Source of the DNA: Thalia democratica | Taxonomy: Eukaryota | Assembly: GCA_965202585.1 (NCBI GenBank) | Contig: OZ241830.1 | Coordinates: forward strand, 67,766,001-67,830,000 | Reading direction: 5' to 3' | DNA length: 64,000 nucleotides | Translations under genes and position numbers: made by a program | Notes under the pieces: model-generated | Told to the model about the DNA's origin: nothing | The model's input: the letters and a program-made list of their open reading frames with translations, nothing else | The model's database searches: none | Shown here: one piece after another, positions 1-10,464 of the stretch | Layout: each line of letters opens with the position of its first letter | Position numbering within the stretch: the stretch's first letter is position 1

Positions 1-2859
1 ATTTTTAAAGTCTAGTTTTATGGTCTTTGTAAAATTGAATATGTATTTACACTATAAAAGTGTTCCTACCCAAATAAAAATAACAAATTGATAAAAATGT
101 CATTTTAACCAACAACAATTATGCCAACTAAATAATTGGTTAACAATAGTTTTTGTAGTACCATTTAAACAAAGTTTTTATTTTGTATGTAAGATAACTG
201 TATTGTCTAAATGGCATAGATTTACTTTCAATTAGCTTGAAAACATTTAGTATCCTCATATTCATATGTTTTTAATGCGTGTATATTTTCTTCAAACTTT
301 ATATCTTATTTTTGCTTGCTTAGCCGTAATACTACTTACCTTTTAAAGTAATGAATCTACGTAGTAATATGTTTTTATCGCCGATCTTCTTTTAACATTT
401 CTGACTATTTCTTACCAAAGTAAAATTCAAACTTTCATTAGTTCTTGTTTTTATATTTCTGTAACTATTTACGTTGTAGCATTCATTGTAAACAACACAA
501 TTGTTTTTGCAAATCTTATGGGGTCGTAACCCATTGGATAAGTTTTAGTTTACAAAACCACATGGTTTAATAAACATGCTTTGCTTATGACTTACCTGAA
601 AAAAACTAAAACTTGATCATTTTTTCGAAGATTATTTTATAACTTTTCTGCAGTTCCTCTCGAATTGATAGCGTTTGTTTATAAAGTCTAGTTCGTTAAT
701 GTAGTTTAATTTTTTTTTTGTAGTATACTCCGTCCAAGTATAAATAAAATAAAGTAAATTTTCAGTTTTTGTCTTTGTTTAGCTTTTACTAGTCTTTCCG
801 ACGATTTAAGTTTTAATTTAACAATTTCTGAGATTTTTATGTTTTCAACCTCATTAAATATTGACATCAATAATTAGTTTGTTGTGCTTTCTAAAGATTT
901 TTGTTCTTAAATTAATTCAAGTTTTTAATACAGTTAATTACTGCCATCATATAATGAGCAAATATTTAAAATACAAAGTTTCATATTCACACTGTGGTTT
1001 TTAGTATTATAAGCTGGATATTTATTACAAACTATGCATATTTGTAGTAAATAATCCTGATATTATACTCTAAATCAAGTTCAACGATACTATGGAACTA
1101 ATTCAGAGTGACATTGTTGTTTTATGTTGTTGCTATGGGTTTCTTGAATTAATCTTGTTTGTACGTTCTATCGTCGCCTGTTAAAATTCAATGTCTAAAA
1201 CGATTTTTATTTTGTGTTATTTGCATTAATTTGTTGCCTAAAATATAACAAATTTAAGTACACTATTTAAGGGATTTTGTAGCCGTTTAGATTTCACTTT
1301 ACTCTGCTTTTGCTAATTGAATTTCTTTAATCAGCTGAGTAACTTATTTTTGTATATATGCTAACTGTTACTTTTTTACATCTTTCAAAAATACGTAGAA
1401 TATTTAATAACTCTTTGATTACTGATTGAGGTTCATATTCAACACCCTCGATATAGTTTTTACAATGTGTTGTGGATATTAGTAACAATTGCCAATGGAC
1501 CATAACTTTTTATCTTAACTAATGTTTAAAAACTTGCTCTTAGTTTTATTTTCAGTGCTTATAAAATGATTATTTTATCATTAAAATTAGATCTTTATTT
1601 GAATTCATTTTATGTACCACGTTTTTATGCAATTTTTGTAACAAATCCAAAAAAAGAGAATTTCTTGTAAACTGTGTCCAGTATACAAAATTAGGAAAAT
1701 ATAGAATACTAAGTAGAGTGACGTAATAATTAGAAATGATATTATGATTGATAGTATACTAGTATTAATAGTATCTAGCTTGTATTAATACTAAAAAACT
1801 TATAAGTTTTCGAACATTTGGAGAAATACTTGACATATGTATAGCCTGACAACTGTGCTACAAACTACTAAATACGACAGTTAATAAAAACCTCATTTAG
1901 ATAAAACAAGTACTGTTAAGTAAGGTTGCCATATTTTTAAAAATTGATTTTGTACTAACTTCGAATACGTTTGGTTTTAGATGATTAAATTCTGGCAACT
2001 ACGCTTTAAAGCTTCAACTTGAAAGTTTTGGTTTGTTGCCTATGTTGCCTAAAAATAATAGTCGAGTTGTATTTCTATTTATTTTTGTCAAGATAGTTAA
2101 AAGTAACTTTTTTTGTTGTTGAATTTTTTTTTTCGTTTAGCAAAATTGTACTTATTTCCGATAGGGAGAGCTAGTTCTTACGAATTTTAGAACATCGTGA
2201 AACAATGTGAACAGTCTAACAGCCATTCAGTTTTCAATAACTGCAATTGTACTACACCTGATGAGTTTGTAATTCAACAGTTTCTGTTTTTATTGATTAT
2301 GTTAACCTAATATACTCCTATTAGTTTTTATAAGGTTAAGAGTCACTTATAAGTTTTAAACGATAGTTTTTATGAGTAACTAACTAGTACATTTTTTTTA
2401 TATTCAAGCTAACTATAACTTTAGCTGTTAAACTATGAATTATAGTTAAAAATATTATTATATCAATAGCTCACTTATACTAAAAGTTTTTAAATGATTA
2501 AGATATACTTTAAGAGGCTGACCGTGTTTTCTATTTGTTTTAATTCTTATTTTAAATCATTATTTAGTTTATTTTTGTTTAAAATTTTAGTTTTTAATAT
2601 TATAAGTGTTCAAGTCCGCTTTTTTGAAAGCACGATTTTTGATAGAGATTAACTATTTTTTATATTGATATTCTTTAAGCTGTTACAAAAATAAGGTTAT
2701 AAACAATAAAACAACTTTGTTATAATGATAAAGATCATGTAAAGATGGAAATATTGTAAATAAGTATTGTAGTTTAACAAATTTTATCAAATTCAACTAG
2801 TGGTCTCGGAGTGTATTCAGTGTATTGATTTGCTTTTTTTCTTTTAGGCATATGTATCA

Positions 2860-3440
2860 ACTGACCTTGATGTACTCCGGGCTACTTGGGTCTCTGGCTT
2901 TATTTGAAAACACCACTGTAAGAGGTTCGGCAGTTTCGACAGAAGCCAGATTCGCAATAGCTTCGGGGCCATCTTATATCTGTAGTTGCTACCTCGGTCT
3001 GCGACCGTGTGCGAGAGGGTTTAAGAGCTAATAGCCTCTTCATTTTACTTATAAGTTTAGTTTAAATATAGACTAACAAGTATCTATATGCTTTATTATA
3101 CAATAAAATAAAAAAAACACATAAAGAAATGTTCACTACTATAGAAGGCTTCTTGCAGTTCGCGATTCCAGTTGCTGTAACAAATGGCTGCTCGTACAGT
3201 TTACTGGTTCAGAACGTAGGGACTTATACTTCCTCGTTGACACCGGCTGAAGAGCTAAAAAAGATACAATATTGAAATTAAGAAGAGAAAGATAGGTGCA
3301 ATAAGTTTATGCCATCGAATGTGTGGGCTTATACGTAGAGTTCAATGTTGAAATTGACCCAAACTGAAATTTGTTGCTGGAGGATAGCTTGTCTGCTACA
3401 GTATGCGTAAACTTATGAGTATGGCACGTTAACAACTCAA
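2860..3440 (-). pseudogene. Exon-like remnants of an unknown spliced gene (second copy ~46235-46830)
   Basis: GC-richer segments with minus-strand acceptor/donor-like borders (cttcag|CAACG, tctac|gtataag, ttttag|CTCTTC, ATCAAG|gtcagt). Open frames include QRRFELLTCHTHKFTHTVADKLSSSNKF and, in the second copy, MKRLLALKSSRTRSQTEVAT. The copies differ by a 1-nt frameshift and a GT>CT donor change. Confidence 0.35.
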
Positions 3441-3543
3441 ATCGACGTTGCTGAAGTAGGTATACAAAATGTGTATAGAACAAAGTATAAAAACTTCGAA
3501 GTTATGAAGTAAAGTACAAAGTAAATGTTTTGTAAATGTTTAA

Positions 3544-3708
3544 ATCATGTAGATTTTCCAAGATGGCAGCTTATGCTCAAAGCGTCAAGAGAGGTTTTGG
3601 CGGAGATCATCTAGATTTTCCAAGATGGCAGCTTATGCTCAAAGCGTCAAGAGAGGTTTTGACGGGGATCAGCTAGATTTCCAAAATGGCGGCTTACGCT
3701 CAAAGCGC
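3544..3708 (+). promoter_or_regulatory. 62-bp tandem monomers (about 3) with YY1-type motifs
   Basis: Units start at 3544, 3606 and 3668 (atca.ctagattttccaagatggcagcttatgctcaaagcg). The last has CCAAAATGGCGGC followed by GTGACGTG. Block A2 has two units at ~46955-47060. Confidence 0.6.
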
Positions 3709-4920
3709 TAAGTGACGTGAAGCTGCTTTCTTCTTGACATGAAGTCGGTAAAACTTGCTATTTCATTCGCTCGGCTGCCTATGTACACCTCGATTAAATA
3801 ACAGTTCCGCATGATCAAGTTCCGCATGATAAATATACTAATCATTATGAATATAAAGTTCAATTTACAAATTTACAATTTAAAAAGTTAAACAATTTAC
3901 GAGATACTCCATTATCAAGTATCACAAAATATACTTGAAGTTTAAATTAAATTACAAACAAGATTCATTAAAATTACTTTAACCAAATTTTTTTTAATAA
4001 AAATATACTAATCATTACAAATATAAAGTTAATTTAGACTTCAAGTAAAATCAATTACGAGAAGCTCAACAATCAAGCATAACAAAAAAAACTTGAAATT
4101 TAAATTAAATTACAAACGAGATTCATTTAAACTGTTTTTAACCACAATTTCTTGATAGAAATATACTAATCATTATAAGTATAAAGTTTAATTTAGATCT
4201 CAACTTAAACGAATTACGAGAAGCTGAAACAATAAAACATCACAAGTATATACTTGAAATTCAAATTAAATTACAAACGAGATTCATTAAAATTACTTTA
4301 ACCACATTTTTTTAAAAATATATAATCATTATAAATATAAAGTTTAATTTTGACCTCAAGTTAAACATTTTACGAGATACCACATAATCAAGTATCACAA
4401 AATATACTTGAAATTTAAATTAAATTACAAACAAGATTCATCCAAATTGCTTTAAGCACATTTTTTAATAAAAATATATTAACCATTAAAAATATGAAGT
4501 TTAATTTTGACCTCAAGTTAGACAATTAACGAGATACCACATAATCAAGTATCAAAAAATATACTTTAAATTTAAACTAAATTACAAACTAGATTCATTC
4601 GAATTGCACTCGAATTACACCAGGCATTATTTTATTGATAACAATTTCATCATAATTAATAATCATCATATCAACATAATCAAGTATTACAAAATATACT
4701 TTAAATTAAATTACAAACGAGATTCATTCAAATTGCTATGAGCACATTTTTATAATAACGTAAATCACGTAAAAGTATTGTGTTAGACAAACAATTGTTT
4801 CTTTGTAAGTATATTTGAAATGAAAAGTATAGTAACCATTTATAGTATAGTTATCTTTAAATTGATTTATTTTAAATTAAAGTTTTTTGTTAACGTTTTA
4901 TTGAAGTATTATGTTTGAAA

Positions 4921-4984
4921 AAGATTTATTATTTAAGCGCTGACGAGGTTTTTGACCGAAACATAGTTTGCATAATATAATCTT
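4921..4984 (+). ncRNA. Minimal type I hammerhead ribozyme, intact core (HHR1)
   Basis: AAGATT-TATTAT-TTAA-GCG CTGACGA GGT-TTTTG-ACC GAAA C-ATA-GT T^ TGC-ATAATA-T-AATCTT. All conserved core nucleotides are present, with a 15-bp bulged stem I, 3-4 bp stem II and 2-bp stem III. Predicted cleavage after 4968 (GUU). Confidence 0.85.
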
Positions 4985-5212
4985 GAAAGAACAGATACAT
5001 TATTTCTCTTCTATTAATTAAGATCTCTTTGTTTTTTTGTAAAAATCGAAGCATATAATATTATATTAACATTATATACTAGCGTTGAGGATCAATTTAA
5101 AATTGATGTGTAATTCAGCAATTATTAAGCTGTTCTGTAAGCGGGAGGTTGTGAAATAGAGTCCACTAGTCACAGTTTGACCCTTCGTGCAATTTAGACC
5201 CGTTCCCAAAAT

Positions 5213-5325
5213 AACTACGTACAACTTGGCTCAAATGTAGCTAAAAACATTTGAAACAGAAATCAATAGTGTTATTGGTAAATCTTCAGGCACTTTCTCT
5301 CGTTTGACTGCACTAGTTTAAAACA
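5213..5325 (+). mobile_element. Degenerate RTE-clade LINE fragment within the repeat unit (also ~6387-6499, ~47955-48068, ~49078-49190)
   Basis: With one frameshift it translates to LGSNVAKN...EINSVIGKSSGTFSRLTA(L/R)V*N, matching the RTE post-RT motif YLGS..EI..RIGKAS..F.RL..RVW. Confidence 0.7.
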
Positions 5326-6094
5326 TACCAGTTAGCTATAAATCTTTTGCACAGAAGTTTTGTTAAAATGTTAGAAATACAGATAAAACGAACTTAAACT
5401 GTCAAAGTAATGGTTTATTATGTCGATCAAAACATTAAAATCAAACTTTGATACTTGTTAGGTAGTAAAATTTTTTAGAGACATATTAAACTTTCGTAAA
5501 ATTTTTGTAAAACATATGTTTAATACTTTGAATATAATTTTGAGCACACGTTTATTATTATATTTTATCAATAAAATTATACTAATCATTATGAATATAA
5601 AGTTTAATTTTGACCTCAAGTTAAACAATTTACGAGAAACCTCATAATCAAGTATCACAAAATATACTTGAAGTTTAAATTAAATTACAAACGAGATTCA
5701 TCCAAATTGCACCAAGCATTATTTTTTTTAAAACATACTAATCATTATTAATATAAAATTCAATTTAGACCTTAAGTTAAACGAATTACGAGAAGCTCAA
5801 CAATCAAGCATCATAAAATGTATACTTGAAATTAAATTAAATTACAAAAAAGATTCATTCAAATTGCTATGAGCACATTTTTATAATAACGTAAAAATGT
5901 TGTGTTAGACAAACAATTGTTATTTATATTAAGTTAAACATTAAGTAAGTTTAACATTTTATTAACAGTTTATATTAAGTAAGTATATTTGAAATGAAAA
6001 GTATAATAACCATTTATAATATAGTTATTTTTAAATTAATTTACTTTAAATTAAAGTTTTTTTTTAATGTATTATTGAATTATTCTGTTTACAT

Positions 6095-6158
6095 AAGATT
6101 TATTATTTAAGCGCTGACGAGGTTTTTGACCGAAACATAGTTTGCATAATATAATCTT
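6095..6158 (+). ncRNA. Minimal type I hammerhead ribozyme, intact core (HHR2)
   Basis: Identical to HHR1 over the 64 nt. Predicted cleavage after 6142, 1174 nt downstream of the HHR1 site. Confidence 0.85.
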
Positions 6159-8046
6159 GAAAGAACAAATACATTATTTCTCTTCTAGTAGTTAAGATCT
6201 CTTTATTTGTTTTATAAAAATCGAAGCATATAATATTATATTAACATTATATACTAGCGTTGAGGATCAATTTAAAATCGATGTGTAATTCAGCAATTAT
6301 TAAGCTGTTCTGTAAGCGGGAGGTTGTGAGATAGAGTCCACTAGTCACAGTTTGACCCTTCGTGCAATTTAGACCCGTTCCCAAAATAACTACGTACAAC
6401 TTGGCTCAAATGTAGCTAAAAACATTGAAAACAGAAATCAATAGTGTTATTGGTAAATCTTCAGGCACTTTCTCTCGTTTGACTGCACGAGTTTAAAACA
6501 TACCAGTTAGCTATAAATCTTTTGCACAGCAGTTTTGTTAAAATGTTCGAAATAGAGATGAAACGAATTTAAACTGTCGAAGTAATGGTTTATAAGGTCG
6601 ATCAAAACATTAAAATTAAATTTTTATATTTGTTAAGTAATAAGTTTTATTAGAGACATATTAAACATTCGTAAAATTTTTGTAAAACATATGTTTAATA
6701 CTTTGAAAATAATTTTGAGCACACGTTTTAGTATAATCATTTCGGTCTAAAATTTTAACTGTTTTAAGTAGTTATTAAAAGGTTTATTACAGTATATAAG
6801 GGTTTAATTATAAGTATTCAATAATACTATATAGTGGAATAGTTTTCGAAAAAGTTTCATCTACAATGTATCTCATTAAAGTTGTCTGGAATAATATTAA
6901 ATGTAATTTTAACGACAAGATAAGTTTTATTACCAACTTACAAGTAAGAACAAATCTCGAGAATAAATTAATAACCTATTACAAACCGTCTATTTTATAA
7001 GCTAAAACTCGTTACTCAAACATTTTTTTACTGCTAAAAGCTATCAACAAACTATTTGGTTATAGAATACAGACAAATAAGTGCTACGTTTAAGTACCTC
7101 TCTATGTCATAAGTGTAATTTTTTAGTTTAATACCAATAGCTAATTCTACAAATTATTTCACAAGTGCAAATATCTAAAGTTTTAGAGATACAAAATATT
7201 TATTAGTTACGATTTAATTTTTGTACTTGTTTAAAAAAAAAGTTATTAGTTACTACTTTTGTATAGCTGAAAAAATGTACTTTGCACAAATAATTTAGTT
7301 TTACAAATTTTTAGCTTCATTTTTTTTCTCTTCTTGAAATTATTCAAAAACGTTTTGAAATTAGTTTTAAGTTTAACATTTTAAAAAAATAATTTTAAGC
7401 TAAGAAACTATGGATCCGCTTGCGACTTGGAACTTTTTTTTTTAAACCGATAACCTTTAGTTATCTCTTTGCTGCATTTTAAATTTTTATAAAATTCACA
7501 TCTAACTAACTTTTTGGTAAGGACTCAATACATCAGAAGATTTCTTATAATTATTTATTAGCTATAAAATACTAAGCCAATAATAAAAAGCTTTGTTTTT
7601 AGTTAAATGTTTACATTGTTAATAACTTTTCAGATCAAAACATATTATTTATGCTCATCTATGTTAATACCATGGAGAACTGTTCACAAAACACTAAGCT
7701 GTCTTCCGTATTTTTATTTAAAAGTTTACTGTTTTCTTTCAAAGTCAAAATGAAAATTGTACTTCTAAAATTGATTTATCTGCAGATTAAAATAGTCTTT
7801 TAGTTTTACAGAAAAAAGGAAATTATCTGGAAAACGTTTTGTAACTAAAATGCTGCCAATAATAATTAGTAGTATATTTACTATTTGCATACTTAAAAAA
7901 TGACAGTTAGAAAAACATTCGAAAAATTAACTTAAAAACTTATAGTTAAATGCGGCTGTAGTTTTTAAGTTTAAGTCAGAACAGGTAAAACTAGTATCAT
8001 ATTGAAATTTTTACTATTCTTAAATTTAGTATGCAGCTTTATTACT

Positions 8047-8240
8047 GTTTATTTTCGTATTCGTCTTTTTTTTTTCGACAGACTGACAACGGACAACTCA
8101 TAGTAAAGAAGATCGATGGTTTGAATAATTAAGATGAGTTCGTTGCAAATGAAAACATACCAAGATATTTGATTGCACTCGAAAAAGTAGAGAAAAGTAA
8201 AAATATCTAATTTTATTTGCTTGCTTAAATAATACAAGTT
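8047..8240 (+). repeat. Short dispersed repeat next to the Kelch junction
   Basis: tttattttcgta.tcgtctttttttttcga..ctgac..aacggac recurs at ~9504-9563, ~22450-22505 and ~50782. Its right part resembles ~60090-60230. Confidence 0.7.
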
Positions 8241-8301
8241 TTTTTAAATTGCGTTACTTAAAAATTTCTAACTGACTAACAACGGACCGAGTTTTAACCG
8301 A

Positions 8302-9021
8302 GTGGTTTGTTTGAAAGGAGAAATTTATGCAATAGCAGCAGGTAACTACATGTTTAAGGAAGACAAAACTACCATTGAAAAATACATTGCAAAAACGAAT
8401 ACTTGGGAGAAAGTTTCACAAATAGACGACAACGGAGGACGAAGTTCATTTTGCTGCTGCGCTTTCATGAACGAAATATATTTACTAGGCGGCTGTTACC
8501 GATGGTACGTGACTGACTCTTGCTTGAAGTTTGATGCAACAAGCCGCGCTTGGAAGGGAGTCACGGAGATGAGCGAAGCGCGCCAGCATGCGGCGTGCGC
8601 CGTTTTCCAAGGAAGAATCGTGGTTTGCGGCGGGGAAGATGACGAAGAAGAAAATTACTCGGAAACGGTTGAGTCGTATGACGTCATCACCGACACTTGG
8701 TCGCCGATGCCCAGCATGATGGAAAGCAAAAGCAGGCACAGCGCAGTTGCGGTGAGAAGCAAGTATTACGTCATCTGCGAACACGATTTTTGCGAGGTCT
8801 TTGACAGCGTTTGTAACAAGTTTGTTGCCTTAAAAGAACCGAATCTAAAGTTTAGACGAATGAGTAGAGCTGTTTCATTTGGCAGTAAAATTTTTGTGTT
8901 TCGTTTTACTCAACCTAGTTTGGTTGTTTATGATGTTGATAAAGACGAGTGGTCGGAGGAACTGTGTGAAATTACCAAAAATGTTCAATGCTTTTCCTGT
9001 ACAGTTGTGCCATTTTGTTAA
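8302..9021 (+). CDS. Kelch-repeat ORF, 5'-truncated, no BTB/BACK domain (K1)
   Basis: Kelch motifs IYLLGG, IVVCGG, VESYDVITDTWSPMPSM. Open to TAA at 9019-9021; the first in-frame ATG is at 8350. Confidence 0.85.
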   Translation: MVCLKGEIYAIAAGNYMFKEDKTTIEKYIAKTNTWEKVSQIDDNGGRSSFCCCAFMNEIYLLGGCYRWYVTDSCLKFDATSRAWKGVTEMSEARQHAACAVFQGRIVVCGGEDDEEENYSETVESYDVITDTWSPMPSMMESKSRHSAVAVRSKYYVICEHDFCEVFDSVCNKFVALKEPNLKFRRMSRAVSFGSKIFVFRFTQPSLVVYDVDKDEWSEELCEITKNVQCFSCTVVPFC

Positions 9022-10464
9022 TAAATTTGAAGTATTAATTGATTAGCTAAGTGCCAAATAATTGTATAAATTGTACAGAAATCTAAGACAAAATTCATTC
9101 AAAAACATCTTTATTGAAGCAACAAACAAGTAAAATCGATTTCGGCTAACGCTTTTCAATTACTTTAGTTAGCAACTAATTTTAAGATTAAATTTTGAGT
9201 ATATAAATAGTTAGAGGTTACATCAGAAAAATCAATTAACACTAATTAGCATAATTGAGCAAAAATTAACTAAACATTCACAATTCATAAATGCATATAC
9301 AAAACAGTTTATCAGTAATTTAACTAAGATAAGCAACATTAAAAATAAAATAAAAATAAGCGACAAAATTCAAATAAAATCTATAACAACTTATAAAGAT
9401 TAGATTTATAAACGTATTGTTGCTTACACAAATTAGGTTTACATGTTTTTATAAATAGAGATTCTAAAACACTTAGGTGATAATCGTTACGAGCTTTTTT
9501 ACTCTTTATTTTCGTAATCGTCTTTTTTTTTCGACTGACTAACAACGGACGATTCATAGCAAAATGTTTTTATCATATTCGTTTAGATCAGAGTAGTACA
9601 AAGCTGTATGCAATAAAGAAGTTTAATATGACTAATAATTTAATTTTGCATAAAAACATGATAAATTATAAGGTACATTTTGTAGTAGAAATCAATTTAG
9701 AACACTTATAAATTGAATCATTCAAGTCGACATAAATATCGCAAACAAGTTCAAACTCACTTAAGAACCAAAAATACCCTACAAACTTGTAACTTTTTAA
9801 AAAGGCTCTTACTAAACTATTATACAAAAACATTCATATTTTTGATAGCAGATTGATAAAATAAAATTTAAAAGTTAAAAAAACTAACAAGATAAAGTTT
9901 CAAACTTTATAATACAAAACTTTAAAAATTTTAATTATAATGTGTTTAAGGCTTGTAATTGATTATATGTTATAAAAACCTACATTTTATGCAATAATGT
10001 AAAAAATAGTGTCTTATTTCTAGAAGTACAAATAGCATAAAGAAGAGTTACTCATTATTTTAAATCATTACTGGTTTGTAATTAGTTTTATTGTTTGAGA
10101 CAGCAAACGAAGGAAAAAAAAAATGTTTTTACTTCACACATTTTTATCAGTTTAAATTTTTAGTATAAAAAAACTAGGTAGCACAAAATTACAATTTCCT
10201 AAAACTTCAATTTTCTAAACGAAACTTCCAATAAAGTAGATAATTTTTAAAATCAACACAATTATAAAAAAAAGAGTAGAAACCTTAAGAGCTCTTCTGC
10301 AAGCTTATCGAAAGAAAAAAATCTAAAATAATTGAAGGTTTGTGCTTAATAACAAAATTTTTCAAACGTCCTTGATAAAAGTAGGAACAAAATTCTACAA
10401 AAATTTACTAAAAAGGCATAAGCAGCGAAACTAAAACGGTCAATTGAAATTGAGACGTGCCGAA

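Larger units (their letters stand above)
3831..6730 (+). repeat. Higher-order tandem array: ~157-bp subunits plus ~0.85-kb hammerhead/RTE spacer, copy 1
   Basis: Subunit starts (aaatatactaatcatt) at ~3831, 4001, 4159, 4316, 4472 plus a partial unit; spacer ~4730-5560; two more subunits ~5575-5870; second spacer to ~6730. Confidence 0.9.
1..9071. repeat. Segmental duplication block A plus Kelch, copy 1 (may extend left of the window)
   Basis: Colinear with 42548-51807 (start atttttaaagtctagttttatgg, shared end ttgtataaat). By eye mid-90s % identity, rising near the Kelch ORF. Confidence 0.95.

Noticed and set aside
2256-2285. Other CTGANGA matches (2257, 11370, 15868, and minus strand at ~15670 and ~61105)
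   Set aside because: No stem II followed by GAAA and NUH; these are chance heptamers.
5458-5658. Short AT-rich ORFs (5458, 8049, 14437, 20105, 28697, 33256, 41063, 41851, 43911, 48075 and similar)
   Set aside because: Low-complexity I/L/F/K-rich translations of repeats and introns, with no motif support.
3831-6730. Repeat-spacer pattern as a CRISPR array
   Set aside because: Units are ~157 bp and ~1.15 kb, diverged, the spacers are themselves repeated, there are no cas genes, and the context is eukaryotic.
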